A DNA stretch of 64,000 nt, from NCBI GenBank assembly GCA_035549015.1, contig DASZRW010000135.1, positions 3,387 through 67,386 of the forward strand, given 5' to 3'. The DNA is from Candidatus Kapaibacterium sp. GTDB lineage: Bacteria > Bacteroidota > Ignavibacteria > OLB7. Of this stretch, positions 47,640 through 58,558 are shown piece by piece (position 1 is the stretch's first letter; every line of letters begins with the position of its first letter). Below the pieces are notes generated by a model, which saw only the letters and a list, made by a program, of their open reading frames with translations, was not told the DNA's origin and did not search any database. Made by a program: the position numbers and the translations under genes.

Positions 47640-48131
47640 ACTTCAGCCTGTTTGGTTACGTCCGCGCCGCGTACTTGCGAAGGGAGCCAACTCTTCGCAG
47701 ACGCTACGTGTGGTAATCCATGTTTGCGCACGTTGAAGGGAATCTCATCGCGGCACAACGATGGTGCCGGCGTGCGATCACATGGGGCGCAGATCGAGTT
47801 ATGAGCTTGGATATCTACCCGTTGGCGTACACTGTTGAGCCAGTTGATGGCATCGGCGGGATGTTGGTACGCACTGAAATGGAAGCATTCCGGGCAGTTG
47901 CCGAATCGATTGTCCGGAGCCGGGAATGCGGACCCTGAACGATTCTCGTGCGGCAACAACGAGAGACGATCCTTCCATATGTTGAAAGGCGTCGCGAAGA
48001 TACAAGACTTTTGCCTGAAGGCCGCCGTGGCGGGCGGAGGTGCCGACATATTTTTCGGCAATATGCCTGCAAGGCCCATGAAACATGGCATTGCGGGGTA
48101 TTTCACAACAGTATTTCAGGGTGATAATGCA

Positions 48132-48161
48132 AACGCCCGAACGTTTGGAGCGCCGGGCGTT
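48132..48161 (-). terminator. candidate terminator downstream of recA
   Basis: 8-bp stem AACGCCCG/CGGGCGTT with a 14-nt loop. On the minus strand it is followed by TGCATTAT, a weak U-tract. Confidence 0.35.
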
Positions 48162-48224
48162 TCTGCATGTGAATGGAACTATCCGAATCGATCGTGCTGC
48201 TGCGAACGCGAGTTCGGGGAGTCG

Positions 48225-49292
48225 TTACTTGGACTTTCCCTTCGCCGGTGCGGCCTCCGGTTCCTCATCGTTCGTTCCCACCAGTGAGCCCGGTGTGCGG
48301 ATGCCGAGGCGTTCGCGAACCTGTGCCTCGAGTGCGAGGAAGGTGGGGCCCTGGTCCTGCAGCAGCTTCTTCAACTGATCGCGCCCCTGCACGCGCTCGT
48401 CGCCGAGCGTGAACCACGAACCGCTCTTCTGAATGATCCCATGTTCGATGGCGAGATCGATCACGTCTCCGACCTTGGAGATCCCCTCGTTGTACATGAT
48501 GTCGAACTCGACTTCCTTGAACGGCGGGGCCACCTTGTTCTTCACGATCTTGGCGCGGACGCGATTGCCGACGATCTCCTGCCCATCCTTCAGCACTTCC
48601 TTGCGCCGGACGTCGATACGTACCGAGGCATAGAACTTCAGTGCATTGCCGCCGGTTGTCGTCTCCGGGTTTCCGTAGATCACACCGATCTTCGAGCGGA
48701 GCTGATTGGTGAAGAGAACGATTGCATTGGAGCGGCCGATCGCCGCGTTCAGCTTGCGCATTGCCTGCGACATCAGGCGTGCCTGCGAACCCATCTGGGC
48801 GTCCCCCATCTCGCCTTCGATCTCCACGCGTGGTGTGAGGGCGGCGACGGAGTCCACCACCACCACGTCGATCGCGCCGGAGCGAACCAGCGTCTCGACG
48901 ATCTCCAATGCCTGCTCGCCGAACTCGGGCTGCGCCAGCAGGAGGTTGTTCACGTCCACACCGAGACGCGAGGCGTACTGAATGTCCAGTGCGTGCTCCG
49001 CATCGACAAACGCCGCAACGCCGCCGCGCTTCTGGGCTTCGGCGATTACATGGAGGCAGACAGTGGTCTTGCCGGAGGATTCCGGCCCATAGATTTCCGT
49101 GATACGACCGCGGGGAATGCCACCGATGCCGATCGCACCATCAAGTGAAAGCGACCCGGTGGAGATCGCCTCGGCCGGAACAACGGCCGAGTCGCTCAGA
49201 CGCATGATCGCGCCCTTGCCGAACTGCTTTTCGATCTGATCGACCGCGTTCGTAATAGCCCGCTGCCGTGCGTCCTTCGTTAGTTCTGCCAT
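48225..49292 (-). CDS. recA: recombinase RecA
   Basis: Canonical RecA sequence: GPESSGKTT Walker A, the L1/L2 loop regions and a C-terminal acidic tail. Confidence 0.9.
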   Translation of the reverse strand: MAELTKDARQRAITNAVDQIEKQFGKGAIMRLSDSAVVPAEAISTGSLSLDGAIGIGGIPRGRITEIYGPESSGKTTVCLHVIAEAQKRGGVAAFVDAEHALDIQYASRLGVDVNNLLLAQPEFGEQALEIVETLVRSGAIDVVVVDSVAALTPRVEIEGEMGDAQMGSQARLMSQAMRKLNAAIGRSNAIVLFTNQLRSKIGVIYGNPETTTGGNALKFYASVRIDVRRKEVLKDGQEIVGNRVRAKIVKNKVAPPFKEVEFDIMYNEGISKVGDVIDLAIEHGIIQKSGSWFTLGDERVQGRDQLKKLLQDQGPTFLALEAQVRERLGIRTPGSLVGTNDEEPEAAPAKGKSK

Positions 49293-49670
49293 AGAAGAGC
49301 TTCTACCAAGAGTTGGTTATCTGTCCGTGTGTGTGTTCTGCATGAGGAGGGAGCGCTTCGGGTTCCGCGATCGCAGCCAGCGCCGTACGCGCCATCGCCT
49401 GTGCGATGAAGCGGGCCTGCCATGCAATTCGGAACGGTGGTTGAAGCGGGACAAAGTTAGAGTTTTTCGAGGGACGGTGCATTGTTTTTTATCCCTCCCC
49501 TGTAGAAAGATTAGGGTATGTCCGCTCTGTATGACGACCGCGCAGCCCCATTTAGTGGGGCTTCCAGGGCGGCGGCCACAGGCCCGGCCACAGGCCGGCC
49601 GCATCGTTCGTACCAATGCGAATGCAAGTATATTGAGGGCTGCTTCAATACCCCGGGAGAAACGAAATAC

Positions 49671-50846
49671 ATGGCCGGCAACCCACTGCAATCCTTCGCG
49701 GAGCATCTCGAAACCGCTCTGGAGAACACCACGTTCGCAAAGCTGTCTCTTGGCGCATACCGCGGTTCGACGGCCGGGCTGCGGGGCATCGTAGCCCGCG
49801 AGGTGGAGATACGCGGCGAGCGCCGGCTGAACTTCACGTGGCGCTTTGCCGACCACGAGACCTCCCGGCACTATTCGCTGGCCGACGGGATCGGTCACGT
49901 GCGCGAACTGCTCGGCACGGAGTTCGCCAGCGGACACCTGTTCACAACGGAGCGTGACTGGCATCTGGAGATCGACAGCGCGCAGCGGGCGCGCATCAGT
50001 TCCGGCAGGCCATCGGTTGCCGTGCGCCCGTCAACCAGCCACGACCGCAGCAAGCCCCGGCCGACGGATCGCCGGAGCGCATGGCTGCATGCCCTGGGGG
50101 TGACCAACGAGCGGGGTGAGGTGCGGGAGAAGATGGGGGACAAGTGGCGGCAGATCAACCGGTTCACCGAGAACATCGCCGCGCTGTTCGATGCGTCGGA
50201 ACTGGCGGGGCGCTCCACGCTCTCGATCGTGGACATGGGGTGCGGCAAGGGGTACCTGACGTTCGCCGCCTACGACTACTTCGCCAACGTTCGCGGTCTG
50301 GAGGTCGCCGTGCTGGGCGTGGAGGCGCGCCCCAACCTGGCGGCATTCTGCAACGATGTGGCGCGCGAATGCGGCTTCTCCGGTCTCCGGTTTCAGGCCG
50401 GGCTGATCGGCGATCTGGACCTGCCTGCGGTGGACATTCTGATTGCGCTGCATGCCTGCGACACGGCAACGGACGAGGCGATCTACAAGGGGATTACCGC
50501 CGGCGCCTCTCTCATCATCTGTGCGCCGTGCTGCCACAAGGAGCTGCGTCCGCAGATGCATGCGCCCGATGTCCTGCGGCCGCTGCTGCGGCACGGCATC
50601 ATGATGGATCGTGAGGCGGAGATGGTGACCGATGGATTGCGGGCCCTGCTGCTGGAGCGGAGTGGGTACAGCGCGCGCGTCTTCGAGTTCATCGCAACCG
50701 AGCATACGCCGAAGAACAACATGGTGGTCGGCATCCGGCATCACCGGCCGGTGGACGTTGCCGCTGCCGAGCGCCAGATAGCATCGATGAAGCAGTTCTT
50801 CGGCATTGAGCACCAGCGGCTGGAGGAGATGCTCCGGAAAACATGA
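49671..50846 (+). CDS. class I SAM-dependent methyltransferase
   Basis: IVDMGCGKGYL motif I and ...DILIALHAC post I/II motifs. The start is taken at internal ATG 49671 because the upstream part is low-complexity. Confidence 0.55.
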   Translation: MAGNPLQSFAEHLETALENTTFAKLSLGAYRGSTAGLRGIVAREVEIRGERRLNFTWRFADHETSRHYSLADGIGHVRELLGTEFASGHLFTTERDWHLEIDSAQRARISSGRPSVAVRPSTSHDRSKPRPTDRRSAWLHALGVTNERGEVREKMGDKWRQINRFTENIAALFDASELAGRSTLSIVDMGCGKGYLTFAAYDYFANVRGLEVAVLGVEARPNLAAFCNDVARECGFSGLRFQAGLIGDLDLPAVDILIALHACDTATDEAIYKGITAGASLIICAPCCHKELRPQMHAPDVLRPLLRHGIMMDREAEMVTDGLRALLLERSGYSARVFEFIATEHTPKNNMVVGIRHHRPVDVAAAERQIASMKQFFGIEHQRLEEMLRKT

Positions 50847-50966
50847 GGGATGAGAAAAATATGAGGTGGGAGATGTGAAACATGATGGCCCATGTTCGCG
50901 GCGCTGCCCCATCCCGGAATGTGCACCACACCGGCCGCACGTGTCATAATTCCCATCCGATATTTT

Positions 50967-52361
50967 TCACGCGTTCCCTTCGCCGCCGCCGCGTGACGGG
51001 GTCTTGCGCAGCGAGAGGGAGAACTGCGCGATCCGGCCGCGTACCAGCGGACCGAAGCTGCGCGAGCGGCGGAGCACGGAACGGATGGTGAACGGCACGT
51101 AGCGGTTCATCCTCTGCGTAAGGAGTACGGCGGTAACCGTTGTGCCAAGCAGCACCGCGGTGGCCATTCCCTCGGTCCCCATGAACCACGTGAGGACCAG
51201 GCCACCCAGGATCAGCACTGCCGTTCCGATCAGTGTGCCGCGGTAGAGATCGCGTGTGTGGCCGATGCCGAGGAGCACCGCGGAGGGAACGATCACGAAC
51301 GGCATCGCGAAGCCGCCGGCCATCAGCAATTGAAACTCCTCCACGGCATCCGGCTTGTGAAGCACGAAGGGCACAATCCACGGAGCCAGGGCAATCATCA
51401 CGATGGTGAGCGGTATCATCAACGCCGCAACGGCGGCGGTTGCAAGTTCCGTCACCTCCTCGACAGCCTCGATGCGCTTCTGCGAATATGCGCGCGAGGT
51501 GGCGGGGACCAGCAGAAGCTGAACCGCGTCGCGCACCGAGTCGAAGAACCGGTAGAAGGTTCGGGCGGCATTGTACAGACCGGCAGCCACGCTCCCCTTC
51601 AGGCCGCTCACGATGATTACGTCGCTCTGCTGCTGCAGCACCGTGAGCATGCCGGTGCCTCCCTGGTGGATGCCGAGATCCAGAAGGCGCCGAAGCGACG
51701 GCATGAAGTTCCGGAACGTTGGGCGCAGCAGGCGTCCGCAGACGATGACGCCCAGCACGGAGCTGGCCGTGAACGCGATCACGTTGTAGTTCACGAACGT
51801 CACGGACGTTCGGAACGTGCCGTCGATCTCTCCGAGCACCATCAGAGCCACCAGGATCGCGAAGTAGACCAGGTCCACGAAGAAGATCGCCACGATGCGG
51901 TAGCTGATCTGCAGAACGCGGATCGCAACGGTGCGCACCACATTGGTGAGCACGAGGAGCGTCATCAGCAGGAACGACTCCGCCACCAGCGGCGACTTGA
52001 GAAGCGGGGCGAACAGCCCGCGCCCCAGCGTCACGATCAATCCAAGCACGAGCGTGAAGGCGGCATAGAGCAGGAATGCGGCAGTGATAACCGGTCGCGG
52101 GTCCTCCTTTCCCTCAGCGGCAATCTTCACCATCGGCTGGAGCACGAAGAAGTCGCCCACCAGCACGATCACCATGAACACCACCTGGAAGATGGTCCAC
52201 GCCCCCCACTCCTCCGGGCTGAGGATGCGGAGAGGAATGATGATCACGGCAATACCGTAGATCATCGGTAGCACCTTGTCGGCGGCAGCCCAGATCGCAA
52301 GCACCAGAGGAGATTTCGTGCGTCCGGATGAGGGTGACTGAACGGATTGCGATTCGGGCAT
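50967..52361 (-). CDS. polysaccharide biosynthesis/export membrane protein (Wzx flippase-like, Polysacc_synt family)
   Basis: About 12-14 predicted TM helices and the Wzx-like pattern. It is adjacent to a polysaccharide-lyase-like gene. Confidence 0.5.
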   Translation of the reverse strand: MPESQSVQSPSSGRTKSPLVLAIWAAADKVLPMIYGIAVIIIPLRILSPEEWGAWTIFQVVFMVIVLVGDFFVLQPMVKIAAEGKEDPRPVITAAFLLYAAFTLVLGLIVTLGRGLFAPLLKSPLVAESFLLMTLLVLTNVVRTVAIRVLQISYRIVAIFFVDLVYFAILVALMVLGEIDGTFRTSVTFVNYNVIAFTASSVLGVIVCGRLLRPTFRNFMPSLRRLLDLGIHQGGTGMLTVLQQQSDVIIVSGLKGSVAAGLYNAARTFYRFFDSVRDAVQLLLVPATSRAYSQKRIEAVEEVTELATAAVAALMIPLTIVMIALAPWIVPFVLHKPDAVEEFQLLMAGGFAMPFVIVPSAVLLGIGHTRDLYRGTLIGTAVLILGGLVLTWFMGTEGMATAVLLGTTVTAVLLTQRMNRYVPFTIRSVLRRSRSFGPLVRGRIAQFSLSLRKTPSRGGGEGNA

Positions 52362-52369
52362 CGGCTGGA

Positions 52370-54388
52370 TTACGGAAGTAAGCGATAAATATACGCGAAT
52401 TGGTTCGGAGCGTTCGTTCCGGCACCGATCTGCCCCGAAGTGCCGATCAGCGTTGCCTGCGCGGCCACGCCGTAGCTGGGCGAGTGCCATCCCTCGGCGA
52501 GCGTAAGCGGAGCCGATGCCTCCATCTGCATCCGCTCTCCCGATGGACGGTGCAGCTCGAGCCGGTTCGGATCGAGCTGCACCACCATCACCTCCGCCGG
52601 CAGGGTGAAGCGTGTGACGACCCGATGCGGGTGATTGGCAACGAAACTGTCCAGCACATGCAGCTCATCGCCATCCAGCTTCCACCGGCGCCGTACCAGC
52701 ACGCCCCCTCCGGGGAGCCTGCCGTACGCATGGTGTTCGGCATGGAGTGTGGCTCCGCTCTCCGTAGGGTTCCACTCCATGATGGTGACGTCGGTACGAT
52801 CATCACGCACCCTCCACAGCCCGCTGAACTCCGCGATCTCCGCGCCGTCCACCACGGGTGCGTTGTGTGCCAGGCTGGAACGAAGCTCGTTCCGCAGGTC
52901 CGCATCGCGGGAGTAGCAGTAGGTGCCGGGATCGACGATGAAGGCTCCGCTCCGGCCATGCAGTGTGAAGGAGAGCGTGTCGTTGTTGCCGTGCAGGCCG
53001 ATCGGCCCGACGTCGGCGAACACATACATGCCGTTGCCGCGCAGCGCAGCGAAGCCTCCGTTGCGGTACAGCCGCGAAGCCCGCTTCGGTGTGCCTTCCG
53101 CGGCGTTCCTGTTTCCGGGCGCTGCGGCATCGTCCGCCATCAGGAGCGCCGCCTGCGACGTTCCGCCGGCGGTCGTGTCGAAATCACTTCGCCCGAACAC
53201 CGCTGCCGCAAGGGCCAGCGTGTCGCGATGGTCGTACAATTCCTGCTCGATGCTCAGGCGCAGAATCACGCCGTCGTCGGAATCCCCGAGCTGCGGAACC
53301 GTTCCGTTCTCCGGTATGTAGTCGCGCATGAATTCCGCCATGCGCTCCACATGCGCCAGTGCCTGCTGCGGGAATGGATGGCCGCAGCGTTCCAGAGCGG
53401 CAATGGTAATCAGGTACATCTCCAGCACCAGACGGTGGTAGCAGATCGAACGCTCGTAGTGCACGCCGTCCGGAAGCACCTGATGTTCGAGTTCGGCGAG
53501 CAGCCGGCGGCGTCCCTCGCGAAGCCAGCGATCCCCCTCGGCGCTTCCTGCGAAGAGCGATCCCAGCATCACCATGCCGAAGCAGTTGGAGATGTAGTGA
53601 TTCGTCAGGTTGCTGAAGTACTCCAGGTTGTTCTCGAGATAGCTTCCGTGCCCCCAGGCGAGCGCCAGATACTCCAGCCACCAATCGTCCGATATGCCCG
53701 GCGCGCCATGGAAGAACGCATACCCCTGCACCAGCCAGAAACCGCGGATCGCCACCTCCATCGGCATCGTCCAGTTGATGCCGGTGTTGACCGGGTTTGC
53801 CGTGCGCCAGCTCTCCAGCCGCGTCGTGAACTCGCGCGCCCAGCGTTCATCATCCGTTGCCCACCAGGCCTTTCCCAGCCAGCCGATCCAGTACATCCGG
53901 TTCAGTTCCCACACGTACTTCACGTCGGCGCCGGGAACATCCAGGAAGCGGATTGCATCGAATGGTGCGGCCGGCCACACATGCCCGCATCCGTAATCCA
54001 TGGCCCAGTTGTACGTGCTCGTTCCGCCGGCGAGGCAGAGCCCGAGGGCTTCGAAGTGGCCGGCGGCGAAGAGCTCTGCATCGCGTTCCATGTTCCGTCG
54101 CGATTGAAGCGTCAGCAGGCGCTCCATCAACCCGCCGCTCCGCCCCTCAGCCGTGAATGGAAGGCGCCCGGATGCGTTGCGATGGAATGCCTCCAGGAAG
54201 TTCGTTCCGGCGGCGACCGGTGGAAACGATTCGGCAAGGTGCGCGGGTGCGGGAGGGGGGATGGGGGATGCAGCGTATCGCCGGCGGCGAAGCTCCTGCC
54301 GGAACACTTCCACGACGTGTGCCGGACCATGACGCTTCGCGGAGGCAATCAGAAACTGGAATCGTCGCGCCAGCTTTTTATCAGCCAT
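52370..54388 (-). CDS. heparinase II/III-family (alginate-lyase-like) protein
   Basis: A Trp/Tyr-rich (alpha/alpha)6-type N-terminal region (WELNRMYWIGWLGKAWWATDDERW...) plus a beta-rich C-terminal region, in a polysaccharide context. This is a recollection-level family call. Confidence 0.4.
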   Translation of the reverse strand: MADKKLARRFQFLIASAKRHGPAHVVEVFRQELRRRRYAASPIPPPAPAHLAESFPPVAAGTNFLEAFHRNASGRLPFTAEGRSGGLMERLLTLQSRRNMERDAELFAAGHFEALGLCLAGGTSTYNWAMDYGCGHVWPAAPFDAIRFLDVPGADVKYVWELNRMYWIGWLGKAWWATDDERWAREFTTRLESWRTANPVNTGINWTMPMEVAIRGFWLVQGYAFFHGAPGISDDWWLEYLALAWGHGSYLENNLEYFSNLTNHYISNCFGMVMLGSLFAGSAEGDRWLREGRRRLLAELEHQVLPDGVHYERSICYHRLVLEMYLITIAALERCGHPFPQQALAHVERMAEFMRDYIPENGTVPQLGDSDDGVILRLSIEQELYDHRDTLALAAAVFGRSDFDTTAGGTSQAALLMADDAAAPGNRNAAEGTPKRASRLYRNGGFAALRGNGMYVFADVGPIGLHGNNDTLSFTLHGRSGAFIVDPGTYCYSRDADLRNELRSSLAHNAPVVDGAEIAEFSGLWRVRDDRTDVTIMEWNPTESGATLHAEHHAYGRLPGGGVLVRRRWKLDGDELHVLDSFVANHPHRVVTRFTLPAEVMVVQLDPNRLELHRPSGERMQMEASAPLTLAEGWHSPSYGVAAQATLIGTSGQIGAGTNAPNQFAYIYRLLP

Positions 54389-54945
54389 ACGTCGGTCGGT
54401 GAGTTGCGCACAAGGCGAAGCGTGGCTCGCCCTTCGATGCGGAAGAGATCGTTCGCCTGCAATGCAATCGTCAGCGTGTAGGAGCGGGATACATCCGTCA
54501 GGAGCGAATCGCCGTCCTGCGTCACGTACTCGTTCCACTGCAGGTCTATCTGGTCCGCACCCTTGAAGAGATTGTAGGTCGTGCGCACCTCCTCGTCGCG
54601 ATTGAACGTGACATCGGTTGCGCGGTCCGGGTTGTAGTAGCGGAACTGGAAATCGGGGTGGAGCAACTGCCCGTAGATCAGCGTATCGCGATAGGTGTAT
54701 GCGTACTGAATATTCTGGAATATCCCGGACACCGTTCGCTGGTCGCCAAGCGTCGTCAGGTTCGGCTGCAATGCCGGTTCCAGCTTCGGCGCGAACGGAT
54801 TTGTGCAGCCCACGACCAGCAGCGCCGGTAGAAGCAGCGTTGCAGCCAGGGCGAACCGATATGGCGTTGTGCGAATCAAGGGAACGTGGATATATGCACG
54901 CGTATGTCCGCGGAATGTGCAGGGTGCAACGTACGCCGCGAACAT
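54349..54945 (-). CDS. lipoprotein of unknown function (paralog A)
   Basis: LLLPALLVVGCTNPF lipobox. The C-terminal WLIKSWRDDSSF parallels the neighbour's WSLIKARFIDK. The start is uncertain: ATG 54945 or TTG 54879. Its 3' end overlaps the predicted start of the heparinase-like gene by ~40 bp. Confidence 0.4.
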   Translation of the reverse strand: MFAAYVAPCTFRGHTRAYIHVPLIRTTPYRFALAATLLLPALLVVGCTNPFAPKLEPALQPNLTTLGDQRTVSGIFQNIQYAYTYRDTLIYGQLLHPDFQFRYYNPDRATDVTFNRDEEVRTTYNLFKGADQIDLQWNEYVTQDGDSLLTDVSRSYTLTIALQANDLFRIEGRATLRLVRNSPTDVWLIKSWRDDSSF

Positions 54946-55017
54946 GCGCCGCCGTATTTCATATGTCCATCGGCGCAGCACCGGCCGAAGACCCGCGCCC
55001 GCGGAAACGGCCTGTGC

Positions 55018-55650
55018 CTACTTGTCGATAAACCGGGCCTTGATCAACGACCAGCTGGTCTTGTTCGGAATGGCCACGTCGCGCCAGGCGGAAATGTACC
55101 ATTCGTTCTGTTTGGAAAGGCGGAACGTGAAGACAAGCGTACCATCGGCGTCGCGTTCGGCGTTATCACGCGTGTGCGGAAAGTGCACGGAGTACGTGGC
55201 GCTGAATTGCAGCGAGTCCGCAATCGGAACGTCGGTAACATCGGTCGGCGAGAACTGAACGGAACAGACGCTCCCCTTCATCAACTCCGCGAAGATGTTG
55301 CCGATGTAGGTCTCCTCCTGATCGATCCCCCACTGCACGAACTTCGAGGGAGCAGCCGATAGCCCCTGTGCGGAGGGATAGAAGATGAACGGTGGAAGCC
55401 CGAGCGACGTATCGCTGAAGCACTTGCGGTAGTCGCCCGCATTTGCAGATGTCAGCGCGCTCTCCAGATTCCTCAGCACCACCGAAGGCGTGGTGGGCTG
55501 CTCGAACGTGGAGCCGGCGTTGATCGGATTCTCCGGCTGGCGCGTGTCGAACAGTCCGCAGCCGGCTGCGAGAGCAACCATCGGAACAAGCAGCAGCAAC
55601 GGCCGCGCCGCGCCGTTCCGCTTCCGAGCATATCGTTCTGCCTGCTTCAT
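55018..55650 (-). CDS. lipoprotein of unknown function (paralog B)
   Basis: Internal ATG 55650 gives MKQAERYARKRNGAARPLLLLVPMVALAAGCGLFD, a signal peptide plus lipobox. Same length and end motif as paralog A. Confidence 0.5.
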   Translation of the reverse strand: MKQAERYARKRNGAARPLLLLVPMVALAAGCGLFDTRQPENPINAGSTFEQPTTPSVVLRNLESALTSANAGDYRKCFSDTSLGLPPFIFYPSAQGLSAAPSKFVQWGIDQEETYIGNIFAELMKGSVCSVQFSPTDVTDVPIADSLQFSATYSVHFPHTRDNAERDADGTLVFTFRLSKQNEWYISAWRDVAIPNKTSWSLIKARFIDK

Positions 55651-55736
55651 GATCGTTGTCGCTGCTCGCAACAGCATGCCTCTCCATACTCCGGCGGCCG
55701 TTCGCGCACGTTCTGCCGAAGCCGCATCGGTGCGGC

Positions 55737-56564
55737 TCACGCCCGCCTGCTCAACACCAGCATCCGTTCGGAGCGGGCGGGATCGTACCGGTCACCGTCA
55801 TAGCTTCCGAACCATTCCACCGGCTCCAGACCGGCATCGAACAGCATCCCCTCGATCTCGTCCGGCGAGTAGAGCCGTACGGACTCGGTGAACTCGCGGG
55901 TCGTGCCGCCGCTCACCGGGATCGTCATCCGCTTCTCCACGCGGCCGTTCGCGATGCGCCGTTCCTCGCGGATCGTGACCCCATCCACTTCCTTCGTGCT
56001 CTGCGCCACGAGCGTCGCGCGAAGCTGCTGCTCGTTGATCAGGTCCAGCGCATAGAAGCCGCCCGGGAGGAGGGAGTTGCGGACCCGCCGGAGAACCAGT
56101 GCATCATCGGCATGATCGTCGAAGTAACCGAAGCTCGTGAACAACTGCAATGCAAGATCGAACTCACTCTCGAACGCAATTGCGCGCATGTCGGAGCGGA
56201 CGAAGCGGATCGATAGTCCCTCGGCGTCGGCTTCGGCGCGCGCATACGCGAGAAGCGTGGGGGAGAGGTCAACTGCGGTAACCAGGAGCCCGCGCTCCGC
56301 GAGCGCTACGGCATGACGTCCGGGGCCGCACGCCAGATCCAGGGCATGCGGTTGCTGCCGGTCCGCACGCGGCAGATCCGTTGTCCGGAGAATCAGGTCC
56401 ACGCAGGCATCGGCCTCCTCGCGGTCGCGATGGCCGTACAGCTTCAGATAGTAATCGCTGCGGAACCACTCCTCGAACCACGCCGCGCTCGCGTCGGCGT
56501 GGGAGCCGCCTTCCCCGTCCGGTGGACGGCCGTTCTGCCGGTCGTCGTATGCTGAATCCGTCAT
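55737..56564 (-). CDS. class I SAM-dependent methyltransferase
   Basis: [19 protein letters not shown] motif I and [16 protein letters not shown]. Its stop overlaps the next gene by 4 nt. Confidence 0.6.
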   Translation of the reverse strand: MTDSAYDDRQNGRPPDGEGGSHADASAAWFEEWFRSDYYLKLYGHRDREEADACVDLILRTTDLPRADRQQPHALDLACGPGRHAVALAERGLLVTAVDLSPTLLAYARAEADAEGLSIRFVRSDMRAIAFESEFDLALQLFTSFGYFDDHADDALVLRRVRNSLLPGGFYALDLINEQQLRATLVAQSTKEVDGVTIREERRIANGRVEKRMTIPVSGGTTREFTESVRLYSPDEIEGMLFDAGLEPVEWFGSYDGDRYDPARSERMLVLSRRA

Positions 56565-57157
56565 ACCGTTACACGTCCTTCCAGCGCACGGGAGATCGTT
56601 GCCTCGTCGATGAACTGCAGTTCGCTTCCGAGCGGTATCCCGCGGGCGATGCGCGTCACCTTGATCTCGAACGGCTTCAGCATCTTGGCCAGGTAGAGCG
56701 TGGTCATCTCTCCCTCCACATTCGGGTTGAGCGCCAGGATCACCTCATGCACGCCGCTCTGCACGCGCTGAATCAGTTCGCGCACCTTCAGCTCCTCCGG
56801 GCCGACGCCTTCCAGCGGATTGATCACGCCTCCCAGCACGTGGTACAGGCCGGTGTAATCGTTCGTCTTCTCCACGGCCAGCACATCGCTCGGCTCCTCG
56901 ACCACGCACACCATGCTCCGGTCGCGTTTGGCCGACTGGCAGATCGGGCATGGATCGGTCTCGGTGATGTTCTGGCATACCGAGCAGTAGTGCGTGCGCT
57001 CCTTCATTCCCACCAGCGCCTGTGCAAGCCCCGCCACCTCCTCGTGAGGCTGCTTCAGCAGATAGAGCGCGATGCGTTGGGCGGTCTTTCGCCCGATGGT
57101 TGGAAGACGGCTGAGATGTTCGATGACGGCTTCCAGCGATTCCGATGTGTACAGCAT
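56561..57157 (-). CDS. recR: recombination protein RecR
   Basis: HhH N-terminus ([13 protein letters not shown]), the C4 zinc finger [16 protein letters not shown] and a Toprim domain. Start taken at ATG 57157. Confidence 0.8.
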   Translation of the reverse strand: MLYTSESLEAVIEHLSRLPTIGRKTAQRIALYLLKQPHEEVAGLAQALVGMKERTHYCSVCQNITETDPCPICQSAKRDRSMVCVVEEPSDVLAVEKTNDYTGLYHVLGGVINPLEGVGPEELKVRELIQRVQSGVHEVILALNPNVEGEMTTLYLAKMLKPFEIKVTRIARGIPLGSELQFIDEATISRALEGRVTV

Positions 57158-57322
57158 GCCTGACGTGTGCCAAACGTGGAGAGGAGCACGGTATAGTGAC
57201 ACAAGATACGGCCGGCATGGCGGACGGCATAGGAAGATGACGAACGGCAACAATCGTTTTGTTCCGCTATCTTTCGCCTTCGTCCGGCACGCCGAAGCCG
57301 TTCATGCCCGGGCCACGCACCG

Positions 57323-58504
57323 ATGAAACTCCAACCCTCGATTCCACACGGCACTCCTCCGGAGATCGAACTGCTCCTGCTGCTGCTGCGCGCCGATGAC
57401 GCCGCACGTGCCGGCCGGCTTGTTGCGTCCGGGCCGGACTGGGAGGGGGTTCTTCGTTTCGCGCATCGGCATCGCCTGGTGCCGATGCTGCATCACCGGT
57501 TGCAGGCGGCCGGCACTCCCGATCTGCCGGATTCGTTCCGGGAGGCCGTGTGCCGGCAGGCGGAGGCGAACGCACGGAACAATCTGCTTCTGAGCGGCGA
57601 GCTGGTCGGTGCGCTCGCGCTGCTCGGCCGCAACGGTGTGAAGGCCCTTCCGCTCAAGGGACCTTTCCTCGCTCAGGAACTGTACGGCTCGCTCTCCATG
57701 CGCTCCTACAGCGACATCGATCTCCTTGTGCGGGCTGCGGACGCCTCCCGATCGATCGACCTTCTGCGCGGCATCGGCTACCAGCCGCGGCCGGAACTCA
57801 CGGCCGCCGCGGAGGCAGCGTATCTCCGCTATGAGTATGATCGCTCCATGGAGAACACGGCCAACGGCGCGCATCTGGAACTGCACTGGCGGCTGCTGGA
57901 GCGAACGATTGCGTTCCCGCTGAAGGAGGAGGAGCTCTGGGCGCTGCTGCGCGACGGTGCGTTTGCCGGCGCACCGGCAATGGTTATGCCGGACCATCTG
58001 CAGCTTCTATTCCTTGCCGTGCACGGAGCCAAGCACGCCTGGTCCATCCTCGGCTGGACGCTGGACGTGGCAAGGCTTGCAGGGAGGGAGGGAATGGAGT
58101 GGGACCGGCTTCGGGCGCTCGCGCGTGATGGCGGCTGCCGGCGGCTGCTGCATGCAGCGCTGGTGCTTGCCGGCCGGCTCTGGGGAGTGGAGCTGCCGGA
58201 GACATTTGCCGCGGAGGTGATGGCCGATGCTTCCGCCGCCGATATCGCAGAGGGCATCCTCGAGCGCTCCGTCGTGCGCGCGCAGGAAGCGATCTCCAGC
58301 CGGGAGGAGGCGCGCTGCTATCTCTCCATGCGCGAACGCCTTCGCGATCGAATGCGTTTTCGCTGGCTGTGGCTGGTTACTCCCAATCTCGCGGACCGGC
58401 GCGCCTTGCGCTTCCCTGCCTGGCTCTCCTTCCTCTACATCCCAGCCCGCCCCCTTCGCCTTGCATGGCGGGCCTTCGCACGCCGCGGTGCTTCCTCGCC
58501 GTGA
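57323..58504 (+). CDS. nucleotidyltransferase-like protein (NTP_transf_5 family of uncharacterised nucleotidyltransferases)
   Basis: The GS...YSDIDLLV motif and size are typical of this family, which is often found in exopolysaccharide or peptide-maturation loci. Confidence 0.45.
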   Translation: MKLQPSIPHGTPPEIELLLLLLRADDAARAGRLVASGPDWEGVLRFAHRHRLVPMLHHRLQAAGTPDLPDSFREAVCRQAEANARNNLLLSGELVGALALLGRNGVKALPLKGPFLAQELYGSLSMRSYSDIDLLVRAADASRSIDLLRGIGYQPRPELTAAAEAAYLRYEYDRSMENTANGAHLELHWRLLERTIAFPLKEEELWALLRDGAFAGAPAMVMPDHLQLLFLAVHGAKHAWSILGWTLDVARLAGREGMEWDRLRALARDGGCRRLLHAALVLAGRLWGVELPETFAAEVMADASAADIAEGILERSVVRAQEAISSREEARCYLSMRERLRDRMRFRWLWLVTPNLADRRALRFPAWLSFLYIPARPLRLAWRAFARRGASSP

Positions 58505-58558
58505 CCGGCGAACCGAATGCGAGCGTGGTGCAGGCAGCGGGCCGGCGAACGCGGCCTC

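Noticed and set aside
47640-48224. 156-aa minus ORF 47636..48106 and several small ORFs in the 585-bp spacer between the substrate-binding-protein gene and recA.
   Set aside because: Their composition is Cys/Pro/His-rich and non-protein-like. The spacer more likely holds the 5' leader and promoter of the transporter gene and the recA terminator. I could not identify a riboswitch or tRNA by eye.
49293-49520. SOS or LexA box upstream of recA.
   Set aside because: I looked for CTGT-N8-ACAG, GAAC-N4-GTTC and GTTC-N7-GTTC type boxes. Only loose resemblances such as GAACACACACACGGACAG were found. I cannot support a call without knowing the phylum-specific LexA motif.
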